This document shows, in pieces, positions 19,753-30,556 of a stretch of DNA of 55,087 nucleotides (position 1 is the first letter of the stretch; each line of letters starts with the position of its first letter). Position numbers and translations under genes: made by a program. The stretch is from an uncultured Candidatus Actinomarina sp. (GTDB taxonomy: Bacteria; Actinomycetota; Acidimicrobiia; Actinomarinales; Actinomarinaceae). The stretch is taken from assembly GCA_902576605.1 (NCBI GenBank), contig CACGVI010000005.1, positions 1 to 55,087 on the forward strand, written 5' to 3'. The notes under the pieces are model-generated. The model worked only from the letters and a program-made list of their open reading frames with translations. It was not told where the DNA came from and made no database searches.

Positions 19753-20803
19753 GTATACTTTATCAAAACGTCAAGCTGTCAATGAATTATCGACCTTTTA
19801 CTCTTTTCTAGCTGGATTTTTGATTGCATTAGTCATAGGCTCAATAATTTTATTAATACAAGAAAAAAATCCTATCGATACTTTCTCTTTAATGTTCAAG
19901 CTTTCTATTGGTAGTGTTAACAGCTTAAGTTCATCATTAAATAAAGCAACCCCATTAATTCTTGCAGGTTTAGGTATTGCGATAATAAATACCGTGAAAC
20001 TGTGGAATATAGGTGCTGAAGGCCAAATTTTCATGGGTGCAATAGGTGTGAATTTATTTTATATTAATTCAAACTTATCAAATCCAACAATATTAATTTT
20101 TTTGCTTTTATTATCGGCATTTATAGGTGGTGCTTTTTGTATTCTAATTCCAGCTCTTGCAAAAGTTTTGTTTGGTGTTAATGAAATAATTACTACCTTA
20201 TTAACAAATTACATAGTCATAGGGTTGACTATTTATTTAGTAAATGGTCCCTGGAAAGATCCTAATTCGCTTAACTTTCCTGCAGCAGCTTACGTTGGAA
20301 AAGAAGTCTATTTGCCAACCATGTTTGGTAAATTAAGCTATGGATTTTTAATTTGCATTATATTTACAGCTTTAGCGCATTATCTAAAAAATAAATCAGT
20401 TTTTGGGTATGAAATGAGAATTGCTGGAGGATCTGAAATGACTGCAATTTATGCCGGAATAAATGCAAAGCAAAAAGCTTTTTTTGCAATGTTAATTGGT
20501 GGGGGTTTTGCAGGTTTAGCTGGTGGAGTTGAATTATTAAGTCAGACGCATCGGGTCTCAACAGGAATCTCACAAGGATTTGGATATACAGCGATAATTG
20601 TTGCAGCAATCACCGGAATGAGGCCCATAGGAATTTTTTTAGTTGGTACATTGTTTGGAGCACTGTCTATTGGTGGGTCAGTAATTCAAACTATCGGTGT
20701 AAGCACTTATATTGCTGATATTATTCAGGCATCAACATTATTTGGAGCTTTAGTAATTCAGTTTTTTTTCAATTATAAATTATTAAGAGTAGATGATGAT
20801 TGA
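19742..20803 (+). CDS. Nucleoside ABC transporter permease
   Basis: WNIGAEGQ, NEIITTLL, GFGYTAIIVA; multiple TM segments. Confidence 0.92.
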   Translation: MVNKYTLSKRQAVNELSTFYSFLAGFLIALVIGSIILLIQEKNPIDTFSLMFKLSIGSVNSLSSSLNKATPLILAGLGIAIINTVKLWNIGAEGQIFMGAIGVNLFYINSNLSNPTILIFLLLLSAFIGGAFCILIPALAKVLFGVNEIITTLLTNYIVIGLTIYLVNGPWKDPNSLNFPAAAYVGKEVYLPTMFGKLSYGFLICIIFTALAHYLKNKSVFGYEMRIAGGSEMTAIYAGINAKQKAFFAMLIGGGFAGLAGGVELLSQTHRVSTGISQGFGYTAIIVAAITGMRPIGIFLVGTLFGALSIGGSVIQTIGVSTYIADIIQASTLFGALVIQFFFNYKLLRVDDD

Positions 20804-21719
20804 TATACAGCTTCTTGGTTTATTGAACGCAACACTTCAAGCAGCAACATTATTATTTGTTGCAGCACTAGGTGAATTAATTACTGAAAAATCTGGGATA
20901 TTAAATCTTGGTGTTGAAGGAATGATATCAATTGGCGCAGTTGCAGGGTTCATGACTGCTGTTAATACAAACAATATCTTTTTAGCAGTTATTGTTGGGG
21001 TTCTTTCGTCTTCTGTATTTGCTTCAATACACGCAGTAGTTACCGTTGTTTTAAAACAAGACCAAACAGTATCTGGATTAATTTTAACGATACTTGGTTT
21101 AGCTCTTTCATCTTTAATTGGAAAAAATTATGTTGGGAAAAAACTCGATACAAAGCTAGATAGTTTTTTTTCTATTGATGATCCATCAAACATTCTGCAA
21201 GTGCTTTTAAGCCAAAACATAATATTTTATGTTGCAATTTTGTTGATGATACTAGTTTCGTATACCCTCAAAAATACAATGTTTGGAAGAAGACTTGAAG
21301 CAGTAGGTGAAGATTCTAAAGCAGCAGACTCAATGGGGTTAAATGTTACAAAAACACAATTTATAGCCACATGTTTAGGTGGAGCATTTGCTGGATTATC
21401 AGGAGTTTACTTAACATTAAGCTACGTTCCCTACTGGACAGACAATATGACAGCTGGAAGAGGATGGATTGCACTTGCTCTAGTAATTTTTGGAGGATGG
21501 AAGCCTTATCGCACAGCTTTAGGTGCTTTACTTTTTGGATTCCTCGAAGCATTAGTTCCTAGACTACAAACATATGGTTTTGAATTAAATCCTTATATTG
21601 TAAAAATTGCTCCATACATAATCACAATATTAATTTTGGTTTTATTAACAATTTATAAGGGTGGAAAAACAGGTGCACCAAAAAATATTGGTATTCCATT
21701 CTTTAGAGAAAATAGATAA
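20793..21719 (+). CDS. Nucleoside ABC transporter permease
   Basis: EKSGILNLGVEGM, AVGED, MTAGRGWIALA. Confidence 0.92.
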   Translation: MMIDIQLLGLLNATLQAATLLFVAALGELITEKSGILNLGVEGMISIGAVAGFMTAVNTNNIFLAVIVGVLSSSVFASIHAVVTVVLKQDQTVSGLILTILGLALSSLIGKNYVGKKLDTKLDSFFSIDDPSNILQVLLSQNIIFYVAILLMILVSYTLKNTMFGRRLEAVGEDSKAADSMGLNVTKTQFIATCLGGAFAGLSGVYLTLSYVPYWTDNMTAGRGWIALALVIFGGWKPYRTALGALLFGFLEALVPRLQTYGFELNPYIVKIAPYIITILILVLLTIYKGGKTGAPKNIGIPFFRENR

Positions 21720-21760
21720 ATCAAATTATTTAAATCAATTTTTTGGTAGTATTAACACAA

Positions 21761-21791
21761 CTTTAATTAACACCTGTGAGTGTTGAAAGGA
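21761..21791 (+). promoter_or_regulatory. PyrR-binding RNA stem-loop overlapping the pyrR Shine-Dalgarno
   Basis: CTTTAA-tt-AACAC-CTGTGA-GTGTT-gAAAG: CUUUAA motif, CNGNGA hexaloop and CTTT/AAAG lower stem; overlaps the AAAGGA SD (21786-21791). TAGTAT -10 at 21747-21752. Confidence 0.8.
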
Positions 21792-21797
21792 AACGTC

Positions 21798-22274
21798 TTG
21801 GAAATAGATAAAATAATTTATCGTCTAAGTAAAGAAATTACTGAATCTGAGTTTAACAATCCTCTATTACTTGGAATCCCAAGAAGAGGCGATTTAATTG
21901 CAAAAAGAATTTCAAAAAACCTTGATCAACTAAATTACGCTCATGATATTGATACTATTGATTATTTACCATTTAGAGATGATTTAGAGGAAGAAATTAA
22001 GAAAACCAAATTAAATATAAATCCGCAAGAAAGAGATGTCATTTTGATTGATGATGTTATTTATACAGGAAGAACCTTAAGAGCTTCAATAGAGGCCGTA
22101 GTTCATACAGGCAGGCCAAGATTAATAGCTCTTCTTTGCTTGATTGACAGAGGCCATAGAGAATTACCCATGAGTCCAAAATTCATTGGAAAAAATATAC
22201 CTACTAATGAAGAGGAGTATGTTTCAGTATTTCTTAAAGAATTAGATGATGTTGATAAGGTTGAGGTTAAATAG
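21798..22274 (+). CDS. pyrR: Pyrimidine operon regulator / uracil phosphoribosyltransferase PyrR
   Basis: LLGIPRRG, FRDDL, LIDDVIYTGRT, LIDRGHRELP, GKNIPT. TTG at 21798 follows the SD (ORF track 21780). Confidence 0.92.
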   Translation: MEIDKIIYRLSKEITESEFNNPLLLGIPRRGDLIAKRISKNLDQLNYAHDIDTIDYLPFRDDLEEEIKKTKLNINPQERDVILIDDVIYTGRTLRASIEAVVHTGRPRLIALLCLIDRGHRELPMSPKFIGKNIPTNEEEYVSVFLKELDDVDKVEVK

Positions 22275-22277
22275 CAT

Positions 22278-23156
22278 ATGAAGCATCTTCTAGATTTTCA
22301 AAATTTAGAAAAAAGAAATTTAGAAAAGATTGTTAATGCTATTTTGAAACTTAATATACAAAAATTAAAAAAAATTGATTCTTTTACCCTTTTGCAATTT
22401 AATGAAGGTTCAACAAGAACTAGGCTTTCATTTTCAATTGCTGCTCAGAAATTGGGTATCAATGTAGTAGAGTCGCAAGACTCAATTTCAGCTAAAGAAA
22501 AAGGTGAAAGCTTGACTCACGAATTGGAAACTTTTAAATCTATGGGAATAGAAGCATTAGTAATAAGGACAAAAGAAAATAATTTAGAGGAATATAAAAA
22601 TTTTGATGAAATTTCAGTTATTAGTGGAGGATTTGGTAATACTTCTCATCCAACACAAGCATTAGTTGATGTTGCAACTCTAACAAAACTAAATAAATTT
22701 TCATATGAAGTACCAGTAACGTATGTTGGTGACCTTAAACATTCAAGGGTATTTTCTTCTGGCAGGGAGCTATTAACCAAATTAGGATTTAAGGTTGGTG
22801 TTTTCTCTAATGAAGAACTTCTTCCAAGTAATTTAGATAATTTATGTGTTTTTAATTCTTGGGAAGAAGTAGTTGAAAATTCAGGATCTGTTGAATTATT
22901 AAGAGTTCAAAAAGAACGCATTGAAAATATTGAAGGTTTTGATTTTAATAATTACAAAAAAAACTTTCAATTAACCAATGAAATACTTGAAAACACTTCC
23001 GATGACTTTGTGGTCTTGCACCCAATGCCGATAAATATTGGAATAGAAATAGATGAAAGTGCAGTAAAAAGCAAAAAATTTATATACCAAGAGCAATTAA
23101 AAATGGCAATTCCTGCAAGGGTTGCAAGCTATCAATATGTTTTTGGAGCTATATGA
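22278..23156 (+). CDS. pyrB: Aspartate carbamoyltransferase (divergent)
   Basis: FNEGSTRTRLSF, KGESL, HPTQAL, GDLKHSRV, LRVQKER, HPMP. Confidence 0.93.
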   Translation: MKHLLDFQNLEKRNLEKIVNAILKLNIQKLKKIDSFTLLQFNEGSTRTRLSFSIAAQKLGINVVESQDSISAKEKGESLTHELETFKSMGIEALVIRTKENNLEEYKNFDEISVISGGFGNTSHPTQALVDVATLTKLNKFSYEVPVTYVGDLKHSRVFSSGRELLTKLGFKVGVFSNEELLPSNLDNLCVFNSWEEVVENSGSVELLRVQKERIENIEGFDFNNYKKNFQLTNEILENTSDDFVVLHPMPINIGIEIDESAVKSKKFIYQEQLKMAIPARVASYQYVFGAI

Positions 23157-24211
23157 TTGAAATGCCATCATTTATTGATCTTCATACCCATACACGTTAT
23201 CCAGATAAAAATAATTTCCCTATTTTAGAAATTGAAAAAGCAGCATTAAATGGTGGGTATTCAGAAGTTTTAGCTATGGCAAATTCTGAAATAACAATTG
23301 ATTCAATAGAAAATCTTAAACTAGCGAGGTCCTTTGATAAAAAGTTAAGAATAAAAGTTCATCGAGTTGGAGCATTATCAAAAAATCTTGATGGAAAAGA
23401 GCTTGTAAATTTTAATAAATTTGTTGATGAAGGAGTAACAATTTTTTCAGACGATGGAAAAACACTTATTGATGATGATCTTTCGGAAATTGCTTTTAAA
23501 GAAATTGCTAAGTTAAATGGTGCAATTTTTCAACATTGTGAAAAAAACTGCCACACAAATCCTGGTGATATAGCACCTCCTTACAACACTTCGGAGCTAA
23601 TTACTATTCATGAAAATGAAGAGTTTGAAATTGTAAAAAGAGATTTAGATTTAGTAAACAAATATAAAACTAGATATCATATACAACATGTTTCTTCTAA
23701 AAAGAGTGTCGAACTAATAAAAGATGCAAAAGAAAATGGCCTTCCAGTAACTGCTGAAGTAACCCCTCATCACTTACTAAAAAATAACCTAGATATAAAT
23801 ATGAATGATGGAAGCCTCAAAATGTATCCACCATTAAGATCAGAAGAAGATAGGCAAGCATTAATTAGTGGCCTGAAAAATGGAATTATCGATGTTATTG
23901 CTACTGATCATGCTCCCCATCCAAAAGAAACTAAAGAAGTAAGTTTCAAGAAATCTGCCAGAGGCGTGGTTGGGCTTGAGTCAGCATTTGTTGTTTTATT
24001 TTCCTCAAATTTATTTAGCTTGGAAGAACTAACAAGATTTATGTCGATAAACCCAATGAATATTCTGGTTAGTCTTGGATATGATAGTTCAAACACTAAA
24101 AAGAATAACTGGACTAAAAATGATAGTACTTTTATTACAAAATCATTCTACAAAAATTCAGCCTTTGAAAACTTCCAAGTAAGCATTCAGAAAGAACTTA
24201 ATCATGTATAA
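23153..24211 (+). CDS. pyrC: Dihydroorotase (short)
   Basis: FIDLHTH, FSDDG, QHCE, HVS, EVTPHHL, PPLRS, ATDHAPH. Confidence 0.92.
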   Translation: MIEMPSFIDLHTHTRYPDKNNFPILEIEKAALNGGYSEVLAMANSEITIDSIENLKLARSFDKKLRIKVHRVGALSKNLDGKELVNFNKFVDEGVTIFSDDGKTLIDDDLSEIAFKEIAKLNGAIFQHCEKNCHTNPGDIAPPYNTSELITIHENEEFEIVKRDLDLVNKYKTRYHIQHVSSKKSVELIKDAKENGLPVTAEVTPHHLLKNNLDINMNDGSLKMYPPLRSEEDRQALISGLKNGIIDVIATDHAPHPKETKEVSFKKSARGVVGLESAFVVLFSSNLFSLEELTRFMSINPMNILVSLGYDSSNTKKNNWTKNDSTFITKSFYKNSAFENFQVSIQKELNHV

Positions 24212-25301
24212 AAAAACTTTGCTTGTCAATCAAAATGGAGATGAATTTATAGGATGGTCCGATAACGAATTTAACCCCACAACTGGTGAGCTAATATTTA
24301 ATACAGCAATGACAGGTTTTGTTGAAATTCTCAGTGACCCCTCCTATATAAATCAAATAATTACGTTTACTTCTTCTCATGTTGGAAATTATGGAATGTC
24401 ACAAGATGATTATGAGTCTAATGAACCAAAAGTTGAGGCTGCAATAGGTAATTCATTTACATATGATCCTTCATCTTGGAGATCAGAAAAATCTGTAACT
24501 TCTTGGTTAAAAGAATATGAAATACCCTTCAGTGGAGGTTTTGATGTCAGGTCAATAGCAAAGCATCTTAGAGACTATGGGTCCAGTATGTTTGCAATAG
24601 GACAAGAGGTTGATAAAGACTCACTTATTAATTTAGTAAAGGATGCCAAGGACATAATTGGTGACAATTCAGCACTGACAGCTGGTAGTTTGAGCTTGGG
24701 TAACGATACTGTTGGTAAAGTTGGAATTTTAGATCTTGGAGCTAAACAAAGTATTGTAAATGTATTGAAAAAGTTAAATTTTCAAGCTGTAGCAATTTCT
24801 CCAAAAGAATCAGCAGAAAACATTCTTTCAATGAATCTGAAAGGTATTTTAATATCTAATGGACCTGGAGATCCAAGATCTCTTGGTGGTGTTATTGATA
24901 CTGTTCAAAAGCTAATTGGTAATATACCTATATTTGGAATCTGTTTAGGCCATCAAATTTTAAGCCTTGCGTGTGGTCTGACTGTTAAAAAATTAGAATT
25001 TGGACATCATGGCTCTAATCACCCTGTAGAAATCAAAGGAATCAAGAAAGCATTGATTACTGCCCAGAATCACGGATTTGCTGTAGATGATTTTGAATCT
25101 GATCTTGTACACGAAAAGTTTGGAAGAATTGAAAGTTACGCAAGTAATTTAAATGATGGAAGTAATGAAGGTATAAGTATTTGGGAATCAATGGCTTATT
25201 CAGTACAGTTTCATCCAGAATCTGGTCCGGGCACATCTGATGGACTACAAATTTTTGATCCATTTGTGAAACTTATGGAAAGTAATTATGCCAAAAAATA
25301 A
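24204..25301 (+). CDS. carA: Carbamoyl-phosphate synthase small subunit
   Basis: [36 protein letters not shown]. Confidence 0.96.
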   Translation: MYKKTLLVNQNGDEFIGWSDNEFNPTTGELIFNTAMTGFVEILSDPSYINQIITFTSSHVGNYGMSQDDYESNEPKVEAAIGNSFTYDPSSWRSEKSVTSWLKEYEIPFSGGFDVRSIAKHLRDYGSSMFAIGQEVDKDSLINLVKDAKDIIGDNSALTAGSLSLGNDTVGKVGILDLGAKQSIVNVLKKLNFQAVAISPKESAENILSMNLKGILISNGPGDPRSLGGVIDTVQKLIGNIPIFGICLGHQILSLACGLTVKKLEFGHHGSNHPVEIKGIKKALITAQNHGFAVDDFESDLVHEKFGRIESYASNLNDGSNEGISIWESMAYSVQFHPESGPGTSDGLQIFDPFVKLMESNYAKK

Positions 25302-28300
25302 AGATATAAATAGCATTTTAATAATTGGATCAGGACCAATTGTAATTGGGCAAGCATGTGAGTTTGATTATTCAGGATCACAGGCTGCAAAAGCACTTAA
25401 ACATGAGGGTTATAGAGTTATTCTTGTTAATTCAAATCCAGCAACTATTATGACTGATCCTGAAATGGCAGATGCTACATATATTGAACCACTGACTGTA
25501 AATTATTTGAAAAAGATAATTGAGATTGAAAGACCTGATGCTGTCTTACCTACATTAGGTGGACAAACAGCACTTAATTTATCAATGGAATTAGAAAATG
25601 AAAATGTATTCGATAAAAATGATATTTTACTTTTGGGTGCTTCAGCAAAATCTATAGAGATTGCAGAAAATAGGTGGCTATTTAAAAGTGCTATGGAAAG
25701 TGCAGGAATTAAAACATTACAAGCTGAGTATGTTAAGTCTATCGAAGAGGGTGTCTCTGCTAGTGAAGATATAGGATTTCCATTAATGCTTAGGCCTTCA
25801 TTTATTCTAGGTGGAGGTGGCACAAGTCTTGTTGAAAGTAAAAAAGACTTAGAGAAAAAGTTAAAAGATGCATTTAAAGCATCACCAACGCAAGAAGTTT
25901 TAATTGAAGAATCTGTTTATGGTTGGAAAGAGTATGAACTTGAGGTAATGAGAGACAGTGATGGAAACGGTGTTATTGTCTGTGGAATTGAAAATTTTGA
26001 CCCAATGGGCGTTCACACTGGAGATTCCATTACAGTAGCCCCAATTCAAACTTTGTCTGACAAAGAATATCAAATTATGAGAGACGAAGCGCTACTTTGT
26101 TTAGACACAATTGGGATTGCAACTGGTGGAAGTAACGTTCAATTTGCAGTTAATCCAGAAAATGGTGATAGAAGAATTATAGAAATGAATCCTCGAGTCT
26201 CGAGGTCTTCAGCATTAGCATCTAAAGCAACTGGGTTTCCTATTGCAAAATTTGCAGCACTATTAGCTGTGGGTTACAACCTTACAGAATTAAAAAATGA
26301 TATTACTGGTTCAACACCAGCAAGTTTTGAACCAGTTCAGGACTATGTAGTTGTTAAGATTCCAAGATTTGATTTCCCAAAATTCCCCTCTACAGATGAC
26401 GTCTTAGGAACGTCTATGCAAAGTGTAGGTGAGGTTATGTCAATAGCTTCAACTTTCACAGAAAGCTTGACTAAAGCAATTAGATCACTTGAAATAGGAA
26501 AAACAGGAATAAGAAATATTGACAATCGATTTATAAACCTGCCAAAAAAACAACTTCAAGAAGAAATTAAAACACCAAGACCTAGAAGAATTTTTGCGAT
26601 TCTAGAAGCTATTAGAAGAAACTGGCCAATCGAAGATATAGCTTTCTTGTCAAAAGTAGATTTGTGGTTCTTAAGAGAGATTGAAAAAAGTTTTAATGTA
26701 AACCCAGAGTCAACTCCTGTATCAATTTTAAAAATGCTTGGTTGGACTGATGAAGATCTAGATTCTAAAGAAATAAAGGATGACCTTGAAAATAAAAGAG
26801 CTTATAAACTTGTAGACACTTGTTCAGCAGAATTCCTATCAAAAACTCCATATTTGTACTCTACTTTTGGGACGTCAGACGATGACAGCGCATCAAAGAA
26901 TAAAAAAGTCGTAGTCATAGGTTCTGGGCCAAACAGAATTGGACAGGGAATAGAGTTTGATTATTGCTGCGTCCATGGGGTTGAGTCTTTAAAAGAAAAT
27001 AATTATGAAGCTATCATGATTAACTCCAACCCAGAAACTGTTTCTACAGATTATGACACTGCAGATAAATTGTATTTTGAACCACTTTCTTGGGATGAAG
27101 TTAAAGCAGTGTTAGCAAGAGAAAATCCAGATTCAGTGATTATTCAACTTGGAGGGCAAACTCCCCTAAAGCTAGCAGATAAAATCTCTTCAGCAGGTTA
27201 TAAAATTGCTGGATCGTCTCTAGATGTCATAGATGCAACTGAGGATAGAGATTTATTTCAAAAACTTTGTTTATCTTTAAATATTGATCAACCAAAATCA
27301 AAAATTTCATTTAATGAGGATAAGTTAATCAGTGCAGTTAAAGAGATTACTTATCCTGTGCTGTTAAGACCAAGCTATGTTTTGGGAGGTAGGGCTATGC
27401 GTGTTGTTAAAAATGATGAGGAGTTAAAAAACTACCTTTCAATATTAGCAACTGCAGATGACGATGGGAATCCTTTTAGTTCCGGCCCACTACTTGTTGA
27501 CCAGTTTCTAACAGAAACTATCGAAATAGATGTTGATTTAATTTCAGATGGAAAAGATGTCTTTATTGCAGGAATTTTAGAGCATTTGGAACCTGCAGGA
27601 GTTCATAGTGGAGATTCTACAGCTGTTCTTCCACCATTTAGTATTACGGAGAGCATGATAAAGGAAATTAAAGACAAGAGTACGACCCTTGCAAAAGCCC
27701 TTGGTGTAAAAGGGTTATTAAATATTCAATTTGCTATTAAAGATGATACATTGTTTATTCTTGAGGCAAATCCAAGAGCTTCAAGAACTATGCCTTTTGT
27801 GTCAAAAGTGACAGGAAACCAAATAATCAAAGCTGGAACCCTTTTAATGCTTGGACATAGTTTGGATTCAATCAAAAAAACTACCAATTATTTGAATAGT
27901 TCAACAAATAAAGTAGCTATTAAAAAAGCTATTTTTCCTTGGTCAAGATTTCCAGCTGAAGATACAATGCTTGGCCCTGAAATGAAAGCAACAGGAGAAG
28001 TGTTGGGAATTGGAAGAAGTTTTGGAGTTGCTTTAAATAAAGCTTATGCAGCTGCAGGAGTTGAGATAAATGAAAATGAAAAAGGTATTTTTGTATCTCT
28101 TAGCGATCAAGAAAAACCTAATTTTATAAAAATTGTAAAAACTTATTCCGACTTAGGATTCAAAATTTATTCAACATATGGAACAGGAGAATACTTAGAA
28201 AATAACGATATTAACTCAACTATTGTTGGAAGGGCTGATGAGACCTTTCCAACTTCTTTGACTATTCTTCAAGATAAGCTCATTTCACTTGTTATCAATA

Positions 28301-28470
28301 CGCCTACATTTGCAAACGAATATACAGATGGATGGAAAATTAGGCGACTCTCACATGAAACTGGTGTAGCAGTAGTTTCATCTGTTAGAGAAGCTGAGGC
28401 TTTTTTACAGGCATTTTTAGAAACTACGAAATCTTTTGAAGACATGGAGGCAATACAAAATGTCAGTTAA
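25288..28470 (+). CDS. carB: Carbamoyl-phosphate synthase large subunit
   Basis: [27 protein letters not shown], two ATP-grasp halves, C-terminal MGS-like domain. Confidence 0.97.
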   Translation: MPKNKDINSILIIGSGPIVIGQACEFDYSGSQAAKALKHEGYRVILVNSNPATIMTDPEMADATYIEPLTVNYLKKIIEIERPDAVLPTLGGQTALNLSMELENENVFDKNDILLLGASAKSIEIAENRWLFKSAMESAGIKTLQAEYVKSIEEGVSASEDIGFPLMLRPSFILGGGGTSLVESKKDLEKKLKDAFKASPTQEVLIEESVYGWKEYELEVMRDSDGNGVIVCGIENFDPMGVHTGDSITVAPIQTLSDKEYQIMRDEALLCLDTIGIATGGSNVQFAVNPENGDRRIIEMNPRVSRSSALASKATGFPIAKFAALLAVGYNLTELKNDITGSTPASFEPVQDYVVVKIPRFDFPKFPSTDDVLGTSMQSVGEVMSIASTFTESLTKAIRSLEIGKTGIRNIDNRFINLPKKQLQEEIKTPRPRRIFAILEAIRRNWPIEDIAFLSKVDLWFLREIEKSFNVNPESTPVSILKMLGWTDEDLDSKEIKDDLENKRAYKLVDTCSAEFLSKTPYLYSTFGTSDDDSASKNKKVVVIGSGPNRIGQGIEFDYCCVHGVESLKENNYEAIMINSNPETVSTDYDTADKLYFEPLSWDEVKAVLARENPDSVIIQLGGQTPLKLADKISSAGYKIAGSSLDVIDATEDRDLFQKLCLSLNIDQPKSKISFNEDKLISAVKEITYPVLLRPSYVLGGRAMRVVKNDEELKNYLSILATADDDGNPFSSGPLLVDQFLTETIEIDVDLISDGKDVFIAGILEHLEPAGVHSGDSTAVLPPFSITESMIKEIKDKSTTLAKALGVKGLLNIQFAIKDDTLFILEANPRASRTMPFVSKVTGNQIIKAGTLLMLGHSLDSIKKTTNYLNSSTNKVAIKKAIFPWSRFPAEDTMLGPEMKATGEVLGIGRSFGVALNKAYAAAGVEINENEKGIFVSLSDQEKPNFIKIVKTYSDLGFKIYSTYGTGEYLENNDINSTIVGRADETFPTSLTILQDKLISLVINTPTFANEYTDGWKIRRLSHETGVAVVSSVREAEAFLQAFLETTKSFEDMEAIQNVS

Positions 28471-29098
28471 ACCAATATTCTTTGCACTAGATGGAAAATC
28501 ATTATCTGAATTTGAATTTGAACTAAAAAAATTAAAAGATCATATATACGGAGTAAAAGTAGGCCTTGAACTCTTTGTTTCTGAAGGGCCATCTGTTGTA
28601 GAAAAGTTAAAAAAACAAGGATGGCAAGTTTTTTTGGACCTAAAACTTCATGATATACCAAATACTGTTAAGGAAGCTACAAGAAGTGCAGCAAACCTTG
28701 GTGCAGATTTTTTAACAATTCATATCGCTTCTACTAGCGATGCCTTAATTGAAGCATCAAACAATAAAGGCAATACTCTGCAAATTCTTGGTGTTAGTAG
28801 TTCACTAACCAGTAGAGCTATGAGTAACTCAGTAAGTGAAGAAGTAAACAAAGAGTTTAAAGCAGCGAAAGAATGTGGTGTTGACGGAGTAATTTGTCCA
28901 GCTTCAGAAATATCTAAAACAAAAGAGATATTTGATTTAATTGTAACTCCTGGGATACGTCTTAAAAATGATGACAAAAATGACCAAAAAAATATTGCAA
29001 CACCTAATTTTGCAATCAATGAAGGTGCAAAATATATAGTTATGGGAAGATCTATAAGAAATAATCTCGACTACATTATCAATGATTTAGAGTTATGA
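28460..29098 (+). CDS. pyrF: Orotidine-5'-phosphate decarboxylase
   Basis: [36 protein letters not shown]. Start at 28460 (ORF track 28436). Confidence 0.94.
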   Translation: MSVKPIFFALDGKSLSEFEFELKKLKDHIYGVKVGLELFVSEGPSVVEKLKKQGWQVFLDLKLHDIPNTVKEATRSAANLGADFLTIHIASTSDALIEASNNKGNTLQILGVSSSLTSRAMSNSVSEEVNKEFKAAKECGVDGVICPASEISKTKEIFDLIVTPGIRLKNDDKNDQKNIATPNFAINEGAKYIVMGRSIRNNLDYIINDLEL

Positions 29099-29772
29099 AA
29101 ACATTTATTGCAGCACCATTTGGAAATTATATTAAAACATCAAGTACAATCTCCGTTACTGGAAGCTGGACTATAGAAAAACGTAAAGGCCGTATAAAGC
29201 AAATTGTAAAAACACTGAGATACACCAAGAGAGGGTGGGTTAACAAAATAGGCTTAAGAAATCCTGGATTTGAATATGGTATAAAAAATCATAAAGAAAA
29301 TGAGGTATTTTCAGTAGCTGGAATTGAGGAAGATGATTGGAAAATTTTTGCTGAATTGATTCCCAGTGATACAAATCTAGAAGTAAATATGTCATGCCCA
29401 AATATTGAAAACCACTTTACTTCAGGAATTGAAAACTTCAGTTATGAGTCTCGCCAGTGGTACATTGGAAAGATTTCTCCATTAACAACTTTTGATGAGC
29501 TAGAAAAATATATAAATGAATTTAATTTTAAACAAATCCATGCATGTAATACTTTGCCCATTGAAAAAGGTGGTTTAAGCGGAAAAGAACTTATCCCATA
29601 TACTTCTAAATTTATTGAGCATATAAAGCAGTACTATCCTCATATTGAGATTATTGCTGGTGGAGGAATATCTGAAAAAAAAGATATTGAGCATTATATT
29701 GAGTTAGGCGCAGATCACATAAGTCTTGGAACTGTATGTTTCAATCCAGTAAAATTAGGAAGGTTATTATGA
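29095..29772 (+). CDS. pyrD: Minimal dihydroorotate dehydrogenase-like protein
   Basis: NKIGLRNPG, EVNMSCPN, CNTL, GGLSGK, IAGGGI, GAD motifs; position in the pyr operon; only 225 aa. Confidence 0.8.
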   Translation: MKTFIAAPFGNYIKTSSTISVTGSWTIEKRKGRIKQIVKTLRYTKRGWVNKIGLRNPGFEYGIKNHKENEVFSVAGIEEDDWKIFAELIPSDTNLEVNMSCPNIENHFTSGIENFSYESRQWYIGKISPLTTFDELEKYINEFNFKQIHACNTLPIEKGGLSGKELIPYTSKFIEHIKQYYPHIEIIAGGGISEKKDIEHYIELGADHISLGTVCFNPVKLGRLL

Positions 29773-30125
29773 ATTTATTTATCAGAGAAGATTTTATTTC
29801 ACACGCAGGATTGCCATTGACTTGGAAGGTCGAATGTGATGCGTTAGGTGAGGGTGATTACGAAGCGCTTGCAAAAATAGTGAGCGAAAAAATTAAATTT
29901 AAAGATGTTGTTGGTATACCTCGTGGAGGTATTCCTTTTGAAAATGCCCTTAAACAGTACGCATCTAATGACGAAAATGATCCTTTGTTAATTTGTGATG
30001 ATGTATATACAACTGGTACATCAATGAGAGAGGTTTATCAAGAGGGTGCAATTGGTATTGTGGTTTTTGCAAGGAATGAGATTACAGATGATTGGATTAA
30101 GGCAATTTGGCAAATGTCAATTTAG
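29769..30125 (+). CDS. pyrE: Minimal orotate phosphoribosyltransferase-like protein
   Basis: FISHAG, VGIPRGG, LICDDVYTTGTSM PRPP motif; last gene of the pyr operon; ATGA overlap with pyrD; about 118 aa (ORF track start 29736). Confidence 0.75.
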   Translation: MNLFIREDFISHAGLPLTWKVECDALGEGDYEALAKIVSEKIKFKDVVGIPRGGIPFENALKQYASNDENDPLLICDDVYTTGTSMREVYQEGAIGIVVFARNEITDDWIKAIWQMSI

Positions 30126-30556
30126 TCTTCAAATTTACTAATTCTTCTTAAATATCTCTCATCTTGAATTAATTTAGCATCTAAGAAACTTTCAACAATA
30201 TCTAGAACATTTTCTTCATTTATATTGTTTGCGCCTAAACATAAAACATTTACATCATTGTGTTCTACACTTTGGGTTGCAGTCTCTTTATCAACTACAT
30301 TTGCAGCTCTTATTCCTTTTATTTTATTAGCAGAAATAGACATGCCTACACCGCTTCCACAAATCAATAATCCTCTTGAGGATTCATTATTGACTACAAA
30401 ATCACAAACTTCTTTTGCAAAGTCTGGAAAATCGCAACTCTCTTCACTGTTGGTTCCAAAATCATTTAAGTTAATTTCTTTTTTAAGGTTGTGAACAATA
30501 TAATTTTTTAGATTGTATCCAGCATGGTCAGATGCAATTGCTAAATTTTGAATCAT
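30122..30556 (-). CDS. rpiB: Ribose-5-phosphate isomerase B
   Basis: IASDHAG, CGSGVGMSISANKIKGIRA, HNDVNVLCLG. Confidence 0.93.
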   Translation of the reverse strand: MIQNLAIASDHAGYNLKNYIVHNLKKEINLNDFGTNSEESCDFPDFAKEVCDFVVNNESSRGLLICGSGVGMSISANKIKGIRAANVVDKETATQSVEHNDVNVLCLGANNINEENVLDIVESFLDAKLIQDERYLRRISKFED

